Shown piece after piece: positions 1 to 9,782 of a DNA stretch of 57,368 nucleotides. Position 1 is the stretch's first letter. Every line of letters starts with the position of its first letter. The stretch is from Haliangiales bacterium. Its GTDB lineage: Bacteria > Myxococcota_A > Polyangia > Haliangiales > SHYZ01. Made by a program: the position numbers and the translations under genes. The notes beneath the pieces are model-generated. The model ran no database searches. It saw only the letters and a program-made list of their open reading frames with translations, and was not told where the DNA came from. The DNA lies in NCBI GenBank assembly GCA_046595695.1, contig JBKJOI010000417.1:1-57368 (forward strand). The letters run 5' to 3'.

Positions 1-1063
<1,063 letters not shown>

Positions 1064-1142
1064 GAGGCGAGAGCTTATGACTTGGCGCACGGGAGGACAA
1101 TCGCTGCTGCACGGGGAATGGCCGCGGTTATAATGGTGGACG

Positions 1143-1682
1143 ATGAAGGCGGAGCAAGCTGGTCAGTCAGCCGTCCATCACCCCAGCCCGACGGGACTCA
1201 CGATCTTCTGGCTGGAGGTGGTCGAGCTAGCGCACCACGGCTCCGACGCCGTGGTCGCGGAGCGGCTGGCGCAGCTCGCCATGCGTCGCGAGGATCTCGA
1301 CGAGATCTTCGGCCTTGGCTCGGCCGGGCGCCTGTGGGGTGAGTACGGGCGCGCGTTCGCGTCGTTCGCGGGCGCGGGCGCGCGAGAGATCGCGCAGAAG
1401 ATCCGCGAGCGGCGCTACGACGACGTCGAGGTCGTGCCGCAGCCGGTGCTCTTCGATGGCCAGCGCGCGCCCATGGTCACCCAGGCCGCGGGCGGCGCCA
1501 TGCAATCGGGCGGCGGCGGCGGCGAGCGCCAGGGCAGCGACACCCTGCGCACCAACGCGCAGGTCTACTCGGTGCGGCTGAAGCGCAACGACGAGACCGA
1601 TGGCATCCGTATCGACACCTTCGTGTTCATCGACGGCGTCTGGCGCACCGCGCTCAAGGTCGGCCGCGGCGCCGGCAAGTAG
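1143..1682 (+). CDS. hypothetical protein (179 aa)
   Basis: ORF-track ORF with G/C-ending codon bias over its whole length and no motif I recognise. A perfect TATAAT at 1129-1134 lies 8 nt before the ATG, so the mRNA may be leaderless or the start may be later. Confidence 0.5.
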   Translation: MKAEQAGQSAVHHPSPTGLTIFWLEVVELAHHGSDAVVAERLAQLAMRREDLDEIFGLGSAGRLWGEYGRAFASFAGAGAREIAQKIRERRYDDVEVVPQPVLFDGQRAPMVTQAAGGAMQSGGGGGERQGSDTLRTNAQVYSVRLKRNDETDGIRIDTFVFIDGVWRTALKVGRGAGK

Positions 1683-1918
1683 CTGCGGGCAGGACTGTGC
1701 GTTCGCGCCACCCTGTGCGCGAGCGTCACATCGACGCGCTGGCCTCACGACGTTCGCACCCACGATTTGCGGCGGCGCTTGCGGCCGCGGGTCGTGCGCA
1801 ACTTCTTGAAGATGAACGGCAGCACGATGGCCGCGATGATGGCTACGACTACAACGGAAACATACAGCCACGTCATTATACCGGAGCGATGCACGTCCCA
1901 GGCCGACAGCCTCGGCGC

Positions 1919-2258
1919 TCAGTCCACCGGTGCGGCCGCCATGTCGCCGTCCTCGATGTCGATCTCGATCTCGATGTGATCCAGCGGCGCCAGAGCCGGG
2001 CCGCATAGCACCGCACCGGTCGCGGCGAACACGCTGCCGTGGCACGGACAGTCCCACGTCGTTTCGGCGGAGTTCCAGATGAGCACGCATTGCAGGTGCG
2101 TGCAGCGCGCCCCGAACGCGTGGACCTCCCCGCCCGGCCCGCGGTAGACGGCCCTCGCCGATCGGATACCTCTCCAGGACGAGCACCTGCAGCCCCGCCT
2201 GCTGCAAGAGCAGCGCGGTGGTGAGGCCGGTGATACCGGCCCCGACGACGACGACGCG
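1919..2258 (-). pseudogene. remnant of an FAD-dependent oxidoreductase with a C-terminal Rieske [2Fe-2S] domain
   Basis: One frame encodes RVVVVGAGITGLTTALLLQQAGLQVLVLERYPIGEG (Rossmann GxGxxG, 2258-2151) with no start codon after the upstream gene's TAG. It switches frame at about 2150 into AVYRGPGGEVHAFGARCTHLQCVLIWNSAETTWDCPCHGSVF (Rieske CxH...CxxH), ending at the stop at 1919. The several hundred residues that normally separate these two parts are missing. Confidence 0.6.
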
Positions 2259-2300
2259 TCTCGCTGTGGCGAGACGCGCACGCGGGCGCGGGCGGGAGCG

Positions 2301-5300
2301 CTACTGGAAGACGTGCTCGTTCGACGACTCGTGGGTCATGAACAGCAGGCGATCCGCGAACTGGAAGGCATTCCAGGTCCACGCCATCGCCAGCTCGAGG
2401 TCGTAGAGGTGCAGCTTCCAGAAGTAGTCCTGCACCACGTACGGGCTGGCCACGGTGCCCGCGCCCGTCATGCAGCGCAGGCCGGCCGCGCCGGCGCCGT
2501 CCGAGTCCACGCAGGTCTCGCCGGTGATGCAGTTGCCCTGGCCGGCGCCGGTGCAGGTGGCGCCGCTGCCCAGGCGCTGCTCGAAGCCGCTCTTCTTCTG
2601 CGTGCTGGTGGCCGCGCGCGGGAAGGTCGCCGGCAGGGTCGGGAGCGTGAAGCACTCCGAGCCCGCGCACGACGCCGAGAACGGCCGCGTCACGATCCAC
2701 TGCACCGAGAGGTCCTCGCGCACCTGGTTGGTCGTGGCGCACGACAGCACCGGCAGGTTCTGGTTCGAGCGCAGCGACAGCTCGTGCACCGAGTACAGCG
2801 GGGTGTTGCCGTTCAGCGTCGCGTTCTCCCAGGTGAAGGTCGCGGCGCTCGCGATGGTGCCGGCGATGCCCAGCATGCCCGAGACGGTCAGGCTGGCGGT
2901 GGTGCCAGCGAACGGCGCGCTGCCGTTGGCCATGGCGCGGATGAGCACGGCCGTGACGCCCTGGATGCGGTTGAGCGGCACGTTCGGGTGCGCGGCGGCG
3001 TCGAGGTAGAGCGCCGCCACCGAGGCAAAGCGGCGCGCGCCCACCGGGGCGTTGCCGTCGTTGAGGTCGGAGTTGGCCACGGCGACCGTCGAGCCAGAAT
3101 CGCCGAACTTGTGCACCTTCGAGCCGAGCAGGAAGATCGACCCGGTCCCGTTCTGACCCGAGTAGTCGCCCGCGGTCAGGCCGACCACGTCGGTCTCGGC
3201 TGGGCGGTTGCCGTAGGTGAGGGTGAGCGTGGCGGGGTAGTTCTCGGGCGCGGTCACCATGCGCATGTCGGTCGGTGCCGTCGGCACGGTGTGGTTCATC
3301 GTCCAGCCGACGTTGCGGAAGGTGAGCAGCGCGAGCAGGCCGGAGATGCCGCCGCTCGAGATCGCGGTGTTCGCCTCGAGCGCCGGCAGCGAGACCGCCA
3401 CCACCTGCAAGTTCTCGGTGACCCCGGTCGACGCGGTGTTCTCGAGCGAGATCGCCCAGGGCGCGGCGGCGACGGCGCCGCCCAGGCAGAACGGCCCGAT
3501 CGACTGCGGCGGCAGCCACAGGTTCTCGGGGATCTGGACGGTGTTGACGATGCTGTTGCCCGAGGCCCAGCAGCGGTTCTTCTCGAACAGCTGGTTGATG
3601 TCGAAGGACGAGAAGAAGTCGAGCTTCAGCTTCGGCAAGATGATCGAGGCGTCGAGATCGTCGCAGCCTGTGACCGTGCCCGGGCCGGTGCCGTTCGTGT
3701 ACGTCGTGGTCGGGACCGCGGGAGCGTGCAGGAGCGGCAGCGCGAGCACGACATCCGACGCGTTCACGTCCATGGCGGTGAAGTAGGCGCGGGTCGCGGT
3801 GCCCGCGGTGATGGTGAACGGCACGCCGATGGTGCCGCCGTAGTCGTAGAAGGTGGCGAAGCCGCTCCCGTCGGTGGTCGCGACGTTGCTCGCGAACGAC
3901 GAGGTGCCGCCGAGGACGCCCTCGGGGGCGTGCTCGAAGGGCGTGCCCTGCGAAGGGCCGATGAGCACGTTCGCGCCCACGATCGCCGCGCCGGTCTCGG
4001 CGGTGACGACCTTGACGCGCAGGTTGCCGTCGGAGGGCGCGCAGCCGCCGGTGCCGCCGGTGCCCGTGTTGGCGGCCACGGTGGTGATGGTGACCGTCTG
4101 GGTGAGCGTCACGGTCGACGAGCAGGCGGTGACGCCGACCGAGACCACCTGCATGCCGGCCGCGCCGGCGACGATCTCGCGGTAGTAGCTGCCCGGCGCC
4201 GTGGTCGACGCGGTGGCGGCCGCGCCGCCGATGGTGACGGTCGCGCCGGCGATCGGCTGGCCGACGGTGTCGACGAGCTCGGTCCAGACCATCACGCGGG
4301 CGCCCGAGTTGGCGACCAGGCAGGCGGTCTGCGGCGTGTTGTCGGTCGAGGTCGAGAACACCCCCGACGTCAGGCTGACCGTGCGGTTCGGGTTCGAGCA
4401 AGTGTCCGAGCCCTCGTTGCAGGTGTCGGAGGTGCAGGTGTTGCCGTCGCTGCAGGTGTTGGGCGTGCCGCCGCCGCAGGTACCGGCGGTGCAGGTCTCA
4501 CCGTTCGCGCAGAAGAGCGTGTCGCAGGTGGTGCCGTTGGGCTTGGGCGTCGGCGCGCAGGCGTCGGTGCCCTCGTTGCACGTGCCGTTATTGCACGCGT
4601 TGGCGGAGGCCGAGCAGTCGCGCGTCGCGCCGGTGCAGGCGCCCGCCTGGCAGCTCTCGCTCACGGTGCAGAAGAGCGAGTCGGTGCACACGGTGCCGTT
4701 CACCTTGGGCGCCTTGACGCACAGGTCGGTGCCCTCGTTGCACGCGCCGTTGTTGCAGGCGTCGGCCTGCGCGGAGCAGTCGCGCGCCGAGCCGCCGCAG
4801 ACGCCGGCGGTGCAGACGTCGGGGTTTGTGCAGAACGCGCCGTCGTTGCAGGTGGTGCCGTTCGACTTCGGCGTCGCCACGCAGGTGTCGGTGCCCTCGT
4901 TGCAGGTGCCGTCGTTGCACTGGTTGCCGGCCGCGCTGCAGTTGCGCGCCGCGCCGCCGCAGACGCCGGCGGTGCAGACGTCGTTCACGGTGCAGAACGC
5001 GTTGTCGTTGCAGCTGGCGCCGCTCGACGGCGCGTTCGCGCAGACGCCGCCCGCGCCGCAGGTGTCGGCGGTGCACGGGTTGTCGTCGTTGCAGTCGCCC
5101 GCGCTCTGGCAGCCCGCGCAGTTGGGATCCGTCACGTCGGTGCTGCCGTCGCAGTCGTTGTCGAGGTTGTCCGAGCAGGTCGGGCTGCCCGGCGGGCCCT
5201 CGGCGCCCGGCACCGGCGTGTTGACGTGGTCGCAGACGTTGGTGGTCTCGTTGCACGTGTCGGCGGTGCAGGTGCTGGCGTCGCCGCACGCGGTCGCGCC

Positions 5301-6392
5301 GCCGCCGGCGCAGGTGCCGGCCGAGCAGGCCTCGCCGGTGGTGCAGAAGAGGCCGTCGTTGCAGGTCGCGCCCTGGTTGGCGGCCTGCGCGACGCAGGCG
5401 TCGGTGCCCTCGTTGCAGGTGCCCAGGTTGCACTGGTTGGAGAACGCCGAGCAGTCGCGCGCCGCGCCGCCGCAGGTGCCTGCGTTGCACGTGTCACCCG
5501 TGGTGCAGAAGAGCGTGTCGTTGCAGCTCGCGCCCTGGTTCGCGGGCTGCGGCACGCACGCGTCGGAGGCCTCGTTGCAGGTGCCGGTGTTGCACTCGTT
5601 CGAGGCGCTCGCGCAGTCGCGCGCCACGCCGCCGCAGGTGCCCGCGCTGCACGTGTCGGTGGTGGTGCAGAAGAGCCCGTCGTCGCAGGTCGCGCCCTGG
5701 TTGGCGGGCGTGGCCACGCAGGCGTCGCTGCCCTCGTCGCAGGTGCCGGTGTTGCAAGCGTTGCCGGCGCCGGTGCAGTCGCGCACCGCGCCGCCGCAGA
5801 CGCCCGCGGTGCAGGTGTCGCCGCTGGTACAGAACAGGCCGTCGTCGCACACGGTGGTGTCGGCCACCGGCGCGGGGATACACGCCGCGGTCACCTCGTC
5901 GCAGGTGCCGACGGTGCACGCGCCGTCCTGGGCGGAGCAGTCGCGCACCGTGCCGCCGCAGACGCCGGCGGTGCACGAGTCGGCCTCGGTGCAGAACATG
6001 CCGTCGTCGCAGGTGGTGCCGGTCACCTTGGGGGCGAGCGTGCAGCCGCCCGCCGCCTCGGTGCAGACGCCGTCGTTGCAGACGTCGCCGAGCGAGGTGC
6101 AGTCCTTCGCGGGGCCAGCGCAGGCGCCGGTGTCGCTACAGGTCTCGCCCTCGGTACAGGCGAGGCCGTCGTCGCAGGCCTCGCCGATCGCCTCGTCGTT
6201 CACGGCATTTTTGCAGGTGCCGTCGTCCTGGCAGCTATCGATCGTGCACGAGTTGTCGTCGTCGCACTGCGAGTCGTTCACGCACGTCTCGCCGCCGCCC
6301 GCATCTATTGTTCCTCCTCCAGAGTCATTGCCGCAGGAGACCAGCGCGAAGGCAATCGCGCACCAGATCGACGCACGAAACGTGTTCTGCAT
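2301..6392 (-). CDS. giant cysteine-rich repeat lipoprotein (myxobacterial Cys-rich repeat family)
   Basis: The ORF is 2301-6455. The likely start is the internal ATG at 6392, giving MQNTFRASIWCAIAFALVSCGND (lipobox). Residues about 58-687 are C(D/N)DGLFCT..D.C.AG.CGG..RDC....C N.GTCNE..D.CV repeats. The C-terminal ~700 aa are Cys-poor. Confidence 0.85.
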   Translation of the reverse strand: MQNTFRASIWCAIAFALVSCGNDSGGGTIDAGGGETCVNDSQCDDDNSCTIDSCQDDGTCKNAVNDEAIGEACDDGLACTEGETCSDTGACAGPAKDCTSLGDVCNDGVCTEAAGGCTLAPKVTGTTCDDGMFCTEADSCTAGVCGGTVRDCSAQDGACTVGTCDEVTAACIPAPVADTTVCDDGLFCTSGDTCTAGVCGGAVRDCTGAGNACNTGTCDEGSDACVATPANQGATCDDGLFCTTTDTCSAGTCGGVARDCASASNECNTGTCNEASDACVPQPANQGASCNDTLFCTTGDTCNAGTCGGAARDCSAFSNQCNLGTCNEGTDACVAQAANQGATCNDGLFCTTGEACSAGTCAGGGATACGDASTCTADTCNETTNVCDHVNTPVPGAEGPPGSPTCSDNLDNDCDGSTDVTDPNCAGCQSAGDCNDDNPCTADTCGAGGVCANAPSSGASCNDNAFCTVNDVCTAGVCGGAARNCSAAGNQCNDGTCNEGTDTCVATPKSNGTTCNDGAFCTNPDVCTAGVCGGSARDCSAQADACNNGACNEGTDLCVKAPKVNGTVCTDSLFCTVSESCQAGACTGATRDCSASANACNNGTCNEGTDACAPTPKPNGTTCDTLFCANGETCTAGTCGGGTPNTCSDGNTCTSDTCNEGSDTCSNPNRTVSLTSGVFSTSTDNTPQTACLVANSGARVMVWTELVDTVGQPIAGATVTIGGAAATASTTAPGSYYREIVAGAAGMQVVSVGVTACSSTVTLTQTVTITTVAANTGTGGTGGCAPSDGNLRVKVVTAETGAAIVGANVLIGPSQGTPFEHAPEGVLGGTSSFASNVATTDGSGFATFYDYGGTIGVPFTITAGTATRAYFTAMDVNASDVVLALPLLHAPAVPTTTYTNGTGPGTVTGCDDLDASIILPKLKLDFFSSFDINQLFEKNRCWASGNSIVNTVQIPENLWLPPQSIGPFCLGGAVAAAPWAISLENTASTGVTENLQVVAVSLPALEANTAISSGGISGLLALLTFRNVGWTMNHTVPTAPTDMRMVTAPENYPATLTLTYGNRPAETDVVGLTAGDYSGQNGTGSIFLLGSKVHKFGDSGSTVAVANSDLNDGNAPVGARRFASVAALYLDAAAHPNVPLNRIQGVTAVLIRAMANGSAPFAGTTASLTVSGMLGIAGTIASAATFTWENATLNGNTPLYSVHELSLRSNQNLPVLSCATTNQVREDLSVQWIVTRPFSASCAGSECFTLPTLPATFPRAATSTQKKSGFEQRLGSGATCTGAGQGNCITGETCVDSDGAGAAGLRCMTGAGTVASPYVVQDYFWKLHLYDLELAMAWTWNAFQFADRLLFMTHESSNEHVFQ
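4395..6284 (-). repeat. in-frame 162-bp (54-aa) coding repeats, 5 + 4 units
   Basis: The CxDGxFCT motif recurs at residues 149, 203, 257, 311 and 365, and at 482, 536, 590 and 644 of the 1384-aa ORF, an exact 54-aa period. The two blocks are separated by CSDNLDNDCDGSTDVTDPNC. Confidence 0.8.
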
Positions 6393-6583
6393 GGCGCGAA
6401 CCGTAAGGCCGACGCTTCGAGCGAGTCTAGACAATTGGTCTGACCGCTCGGACATCGACTGTTAACAAGCAGGTGAATGTGCGCGCCAGTGCGCACGCGG
6501 CTTACCCTCGATTGACATTCCAGGCCTCCGAGTTGACCGTTCAGGTCAGAACGACCCATGGCGCCGCTTCGCGAGCGCCTCGA

Positions 6584-8827
6584 TCACAGCGCGCCGAGCT
6601 GCTTCGCGAGCGCCTCGATCGTGCCGTGCACGACCGCCTCGGTGCCGGTGGCGTCGATCTCGATGTGGAAGACGAGCTCGTGGCCCTCGGCGGTCACCGA
6701 CGATTTGCCGATGACGAAGTTGGCAATGCCGTCCTTCTTCGCGTCGTCGAGCAATGCCTGCGCGGTGGCGAGCGCGACCTTGGTGTCCTCGGGCCGGTCG
6801 TAGGACCAGCGCAGATCGCCGCGCAGCTCGTGGGTCAGGTGGATACCGCCCGCCATCCATGTCGGCGCGGGCAGGCCGGGCGCGAACGGCCCGGTCGCGA
6901 CGGTCGCCGGCAGCGCGGTGAGCCAGAAGGTCTGCGACTCGTCGGTGCGCTTGCGCAGCGGCACCAGCGGGGTGGCACCCTCGGCGGAGTCCTTGCCGTC
7001 GAGGCGCGCCTCGACCCACGCCTGGTCGGCCCCGGCGCGCGTCGAGAACAGCATTGTGTGGTCGTCGAGCCAGCCCAGCCAGAAGCCCTTGCCCGCGTAA
7101 TCGAGGAAGGTGAGCCGGCCCGCGCGGCGCATCGTCGGGTGCGAGAGCGGCGAGTCGAGCAGCTTCAGCACGCACGGCTCGATCTCGTCGCGCGTCCAGC
7201 GTCCGGCGACGATGAGATCGATGTTCTGGCCGCCCGGATCGGCGCCCACGCCGAAGCTCAGCCACTCGAGCTCGATCAGCGGATCGAAGCCGCAGGTGCG
7301 CATGGCGCGCGCGAGCCAGCGCGGTGGCTTGTCGCCTTTGCGCGCGACGATCGCCTTCTTGACCGGATCGGCGGCGAGCACCTGCGTCCACGACAGCGCC
7401 GCGAGCACCGCGGTGTCGCGCGGGTGGTGCTTCCAGATCGACGTGGGCACGCGCCGGGTCAGCGCGTCGCGACGCGGGCCGGGCGGCGGCAGCGGCGGCT
7501 CGTCTCTCTTATCGTTGTCGTTCTTTTCGTCGTTCTTTTCGTTGTCGCTCTTCTCGTTCTTGCGCGGATCGGGCGCCGGCCCCGCGTCGCGACGAGCGCT
7601 GGTGCTCGCGCTCGGATCCCGCCAGGCGACGCGGCCGACGAACGCGCCGACGCCACCGGCGAGGGCCAGTCCGGCGAGCGCGAGCACCGCGCCCGACCAG
7701 CGGGAGCGGCGTCGGGTCTTCTCGGTGGGCAGCGGCCCGCCCGCGCCCGGGCCGGGCGCGCCGCCCGCGCCGGTCGTGGGCTGGTTCGCGAGCAGGCGCG
7801 CCGACGCGGTGGCCGCGCTGCGCGGTGTCAGCACGGCGTCGAGCGCCCCGCCCGCCTCGGCCGCCGCGGGTAGATCGAGGGTGCGCCGCGGGCCGCCGAG
7901 CTCACCCTGCCCGGCCGCCGCGGCGATGCGCGCGGCCAGCTCGCGCACCGACGCGGGCCGCTTCTCGGCGCGGGTCGACAGCGCACGCAGCAGCTCGGCC
8001 TCGAGCTCGGCGGGCAGCGCGACACCGATGGCAGCCGGCGCGAGCGGCGACAGCCGTGACTCGGGATCGCCGTTGTCGTTCCACGGCAGCCGGCCGCAGA
8101 GCATGGCGTAGAGCGTCACCGCGAGCTCGTAGATCTCGCTGCCGATCGACGACGGCGCGCCGAAGAAGCGCTCCGGCGCCATGTACGCGGGCGTGCCGCG
8201 CACCGCGCCGTCCTGGGTCATCGTCGATAGCGGCGCGTTGTCGCCCTTGGCGATGCCGAAGTCGAAGAGCACGGCCTGCGCGACGCCCGCGGCGCCCGCG
8301 GCGCCCGCGGCGCCGCTGCCGCCCGCGGCGCCGACGCGGAGGTAGACGTTCTCGGGCTTCACGTCGCGGTGCAGCAGGCCGCGCGCGTGCAGCGCCGCCA
8401 GCGCGTCGGCGAGCTGCGCGAAGAGCGCGAACGCCTCGCCGGGCGCGAGCGCGCCGCGTCGCAGCCGCTCCGAGAGGCTCTCGCCGTCGAGGCGCTCCAT
8501 GGCCAGATACGGTCGATCGTCGGGCAGCAGGCCGAAGCCGAGCACCTTCACCACGCCCGGGTGATCGATCGCGGCCAGCAGCGTGGCCTCCTGCAGGAAC
8601 TGCTTCCGCTGGCGCTCGCCGGGCAGAATGTCGGCGCGAAGGACCTTCAGCGCCAGCCGGCGCGGCGCGCCGCCCTCGCCCACCGCCGCGCCTTGCACCT
8701 GCCCTTGCACCTGCCGCTCCGCCGCGTAGACGGTCCCGTAGGCGCCTTCGCCGAGCAGGCCGGTGATGCGGAACTCGCCGAGCCTCTCCGGCAAGGCGCT
8801 GGCAGCGTCGGCGTCCGCTTCGGCCAT
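6584..8827 (-). CDS. Ser/Thr protein kinase with TM segment and C-terminal extracytoplasmic domain
   Basis: Kinase motifs GEGAYGTVY, ALKVL, HRDVKPENVYL, DFGIAKG and GTPAYMAPE are present. They are followed by a hydrophobic segment (AVLALAGLALAGGVGAFV) and a ~330-aa C-terminal domain. Confidence 0.9.
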   Translation of the reverse strand: MAEADADAASALPERLGEFRITGLLGEGAYGTVYAAERQVQGQVQGAAVGEGGAPRRLALKVLRADILPGERQRKQFLQEATLLAAIDHPGVVKVLGFGLLPDDRPYLAMERLDGESLSERLRRGALAPGEAFALFAQLADALAALHARGLLHRDVKPENVYLRVGAAGGSGAAGAAGAAGVAQAVLFDFGIAKGDNAPLSTMTQDGAVRGTPAYMAPERFFGAPSSIGSEIYELAVTLYAMLCGRLPWNDNGDPESRLSPLAPAAIGVALPAELEAELLRALSTRAEKRPASVRELAARIAAAAGQGELGGPRRTLDLPAAAEAGGALDAVLTPRSAATASARLLANQPTTGAGGAPGPGAGGPLPTEKTRRRSRWSGAVLALAGLALAGGVGAFVGRVAWRDPSASTSARRDAGPAPDPRKNEKSDNEKNDEKNDNDKRDEPPLPPPGPRRDALTRRVPTSIWKHHPRDTAVLAALSWTQVLAADPVKKAIVARKGDKPPRWLARAMRTCGFDPLIELEWLSFGVGADPGGQNIDLIVAGRWTRDEIEPCVLKLLDSPLSHPTMRRAGRLTFLDYAGKGFWLGWLDDHTMLFSTRAGADQAWVEARLDGKDSAEGATPLVPLRKRTDESQTFWLTALPATVATGPFAPGLPAPTWMAGGIHLTHELRGDLRWSYDRPEDTKVALATAQALLDDAKKDGIANFVIGKSSVTAEGHELVFHIEIDATGTEAVVHGTIEALAKQLGAL

Positions 8828-8858
8828 TTCGACGTGCTAGCTTACGGGCACTTCAAAC

Positions 8859-9782
8859 ATGAACGCCATCGCTATCCGCGGCGTGACCAAGACCTTCGGC
8901 GCCTTCGTGGCCGTCGACGATCTCACGCTCGATGTCCCCCAGGGTTCCATCTACGGCTTCATCGGCCCCAACGGCTCGGGCAAGAGCACCACGCTCAGGA
9001 TGATCACCAACATCCTCTTGCCCGACCGCGGCGAGATCGAGGTGCTCGGCCACAAGGAGACGCGCGCCGCGCGCGACCGCGTCTCGTACCTGCCCGAGGA
9101 GCGCGGCCTCTACAAGAAGATGAAGGTGCTGGCGCTGCTGCGTTACTACGGCCAGCTCAAGGGCCGGCCGCGCGCCGACATCGACGTGCAGATCAAGAAG
9201 TGGCTCGAGCGCCTCGATCTGACGAAGTGGGCCGACAAGAAGATCGACGCGCTGTCGAAGGGCATGGCCCAGAAGGTCCAGTTCATCGCCGCGGTGGTCT
9301 CGCGCCCCGAGCTGCTCATCCTCGACGAGCCGTTCTCCGGGCTCGATCCGGTGAACGCGGTGTCCCTGCGCGAGGCGGTCGTCGAGCTGCGCCAGGCCGG
9401 CACGACCATCGTGTTCTCGACCCACGACATGTCGGTCGCCGAGAAGATGTGCGACCGGATCTTCATGATCTACCGCGGCAAGAAGGTCCTCGACGGCACG
9501 CTCGACGAGATCCAGGCCATCCACGGCGGCAAGAAGGTGCGCGTCCGCTCGTCGGGCGGCGTGGCCGCGCTGCTCGGCCTGCCCGGCGTGGGTCACGTCG
9601 ACGACCTGGGCTCGCAGCAGGAGTTCGAGCTGGCCGGCGAGGCGCAGGCGCAGGAAGTGCTGCGCGGCCTCACGGCGCGCGCGAGCGTCTCGTACTTCGA
9701 GCTGGCGCGCCCCTCGCTACACGACATCTTCGTCAAGATCGCGCGCCCGGCGCCCGAGCACGTGGAGGTGGTCCATGCGTAA
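8859..9782 (+). CDS. ABC transporter ATP-binding protein (ABC-2/NatA-like)
   Basis: Walker A GPNGSGKST, signature LSKGMAQK, Walker B LLILDEP and H-loop STHDM are present. It is divergent from the kinase across a 31-bp gap. Confidence 0.9.
   Translation: MNAIAIRGVTKTFGAFVAVDDLTLDVPQGSIYGFIGPNGSGKSTTLRMITNILLPDRGEIEVLGHKETRAARDRVSYLPEERGLYKKMKVLALLRYYGQLKGRPRADIDVQIKKWLERLDLTKWADKKIDALSKGMAQKVQFIAAVVSRPELLILDEPFSGLDPVNAVSLREAVVELRQAGTTIVFSTHDMSVAEKMCDRIFMIYRGKKVLDGTLDEIQAIHGGKKVRVRSSGGVAALLGLPGVGHVDDLGSQQEFELAGEAQAQEVLRGLTARASVSYFELARPSLHDIFVKIARPAPEHVEVVHA

Noticed and set aside
2313-6465. Very long plus-strand ORFs (2313-6443, 1376 aa; 4201-6465, 754 aa), plus the minus-strand alternative-frame ORF 1876-4401 (841 aa), overlapping the Cys-rich gene
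   Set aside because: Their translations are Arg/Ala/Gly/Pro-rich low-complexity products typical of off-frame reading of GC-rich coding DNA. The 2301-6392 frame carries a coherent lipobox and repeat structure.
7495-7560. Locally AT-richer segment inside the first kinase gene, considered as a possible insertion
   Set aside because: It stays in frame and encodes a charged juxtamembrane linker (KNEKSDNEKNDEKNDNDKRDE). It is a low-complexity coding repeat, not a foreign insert.
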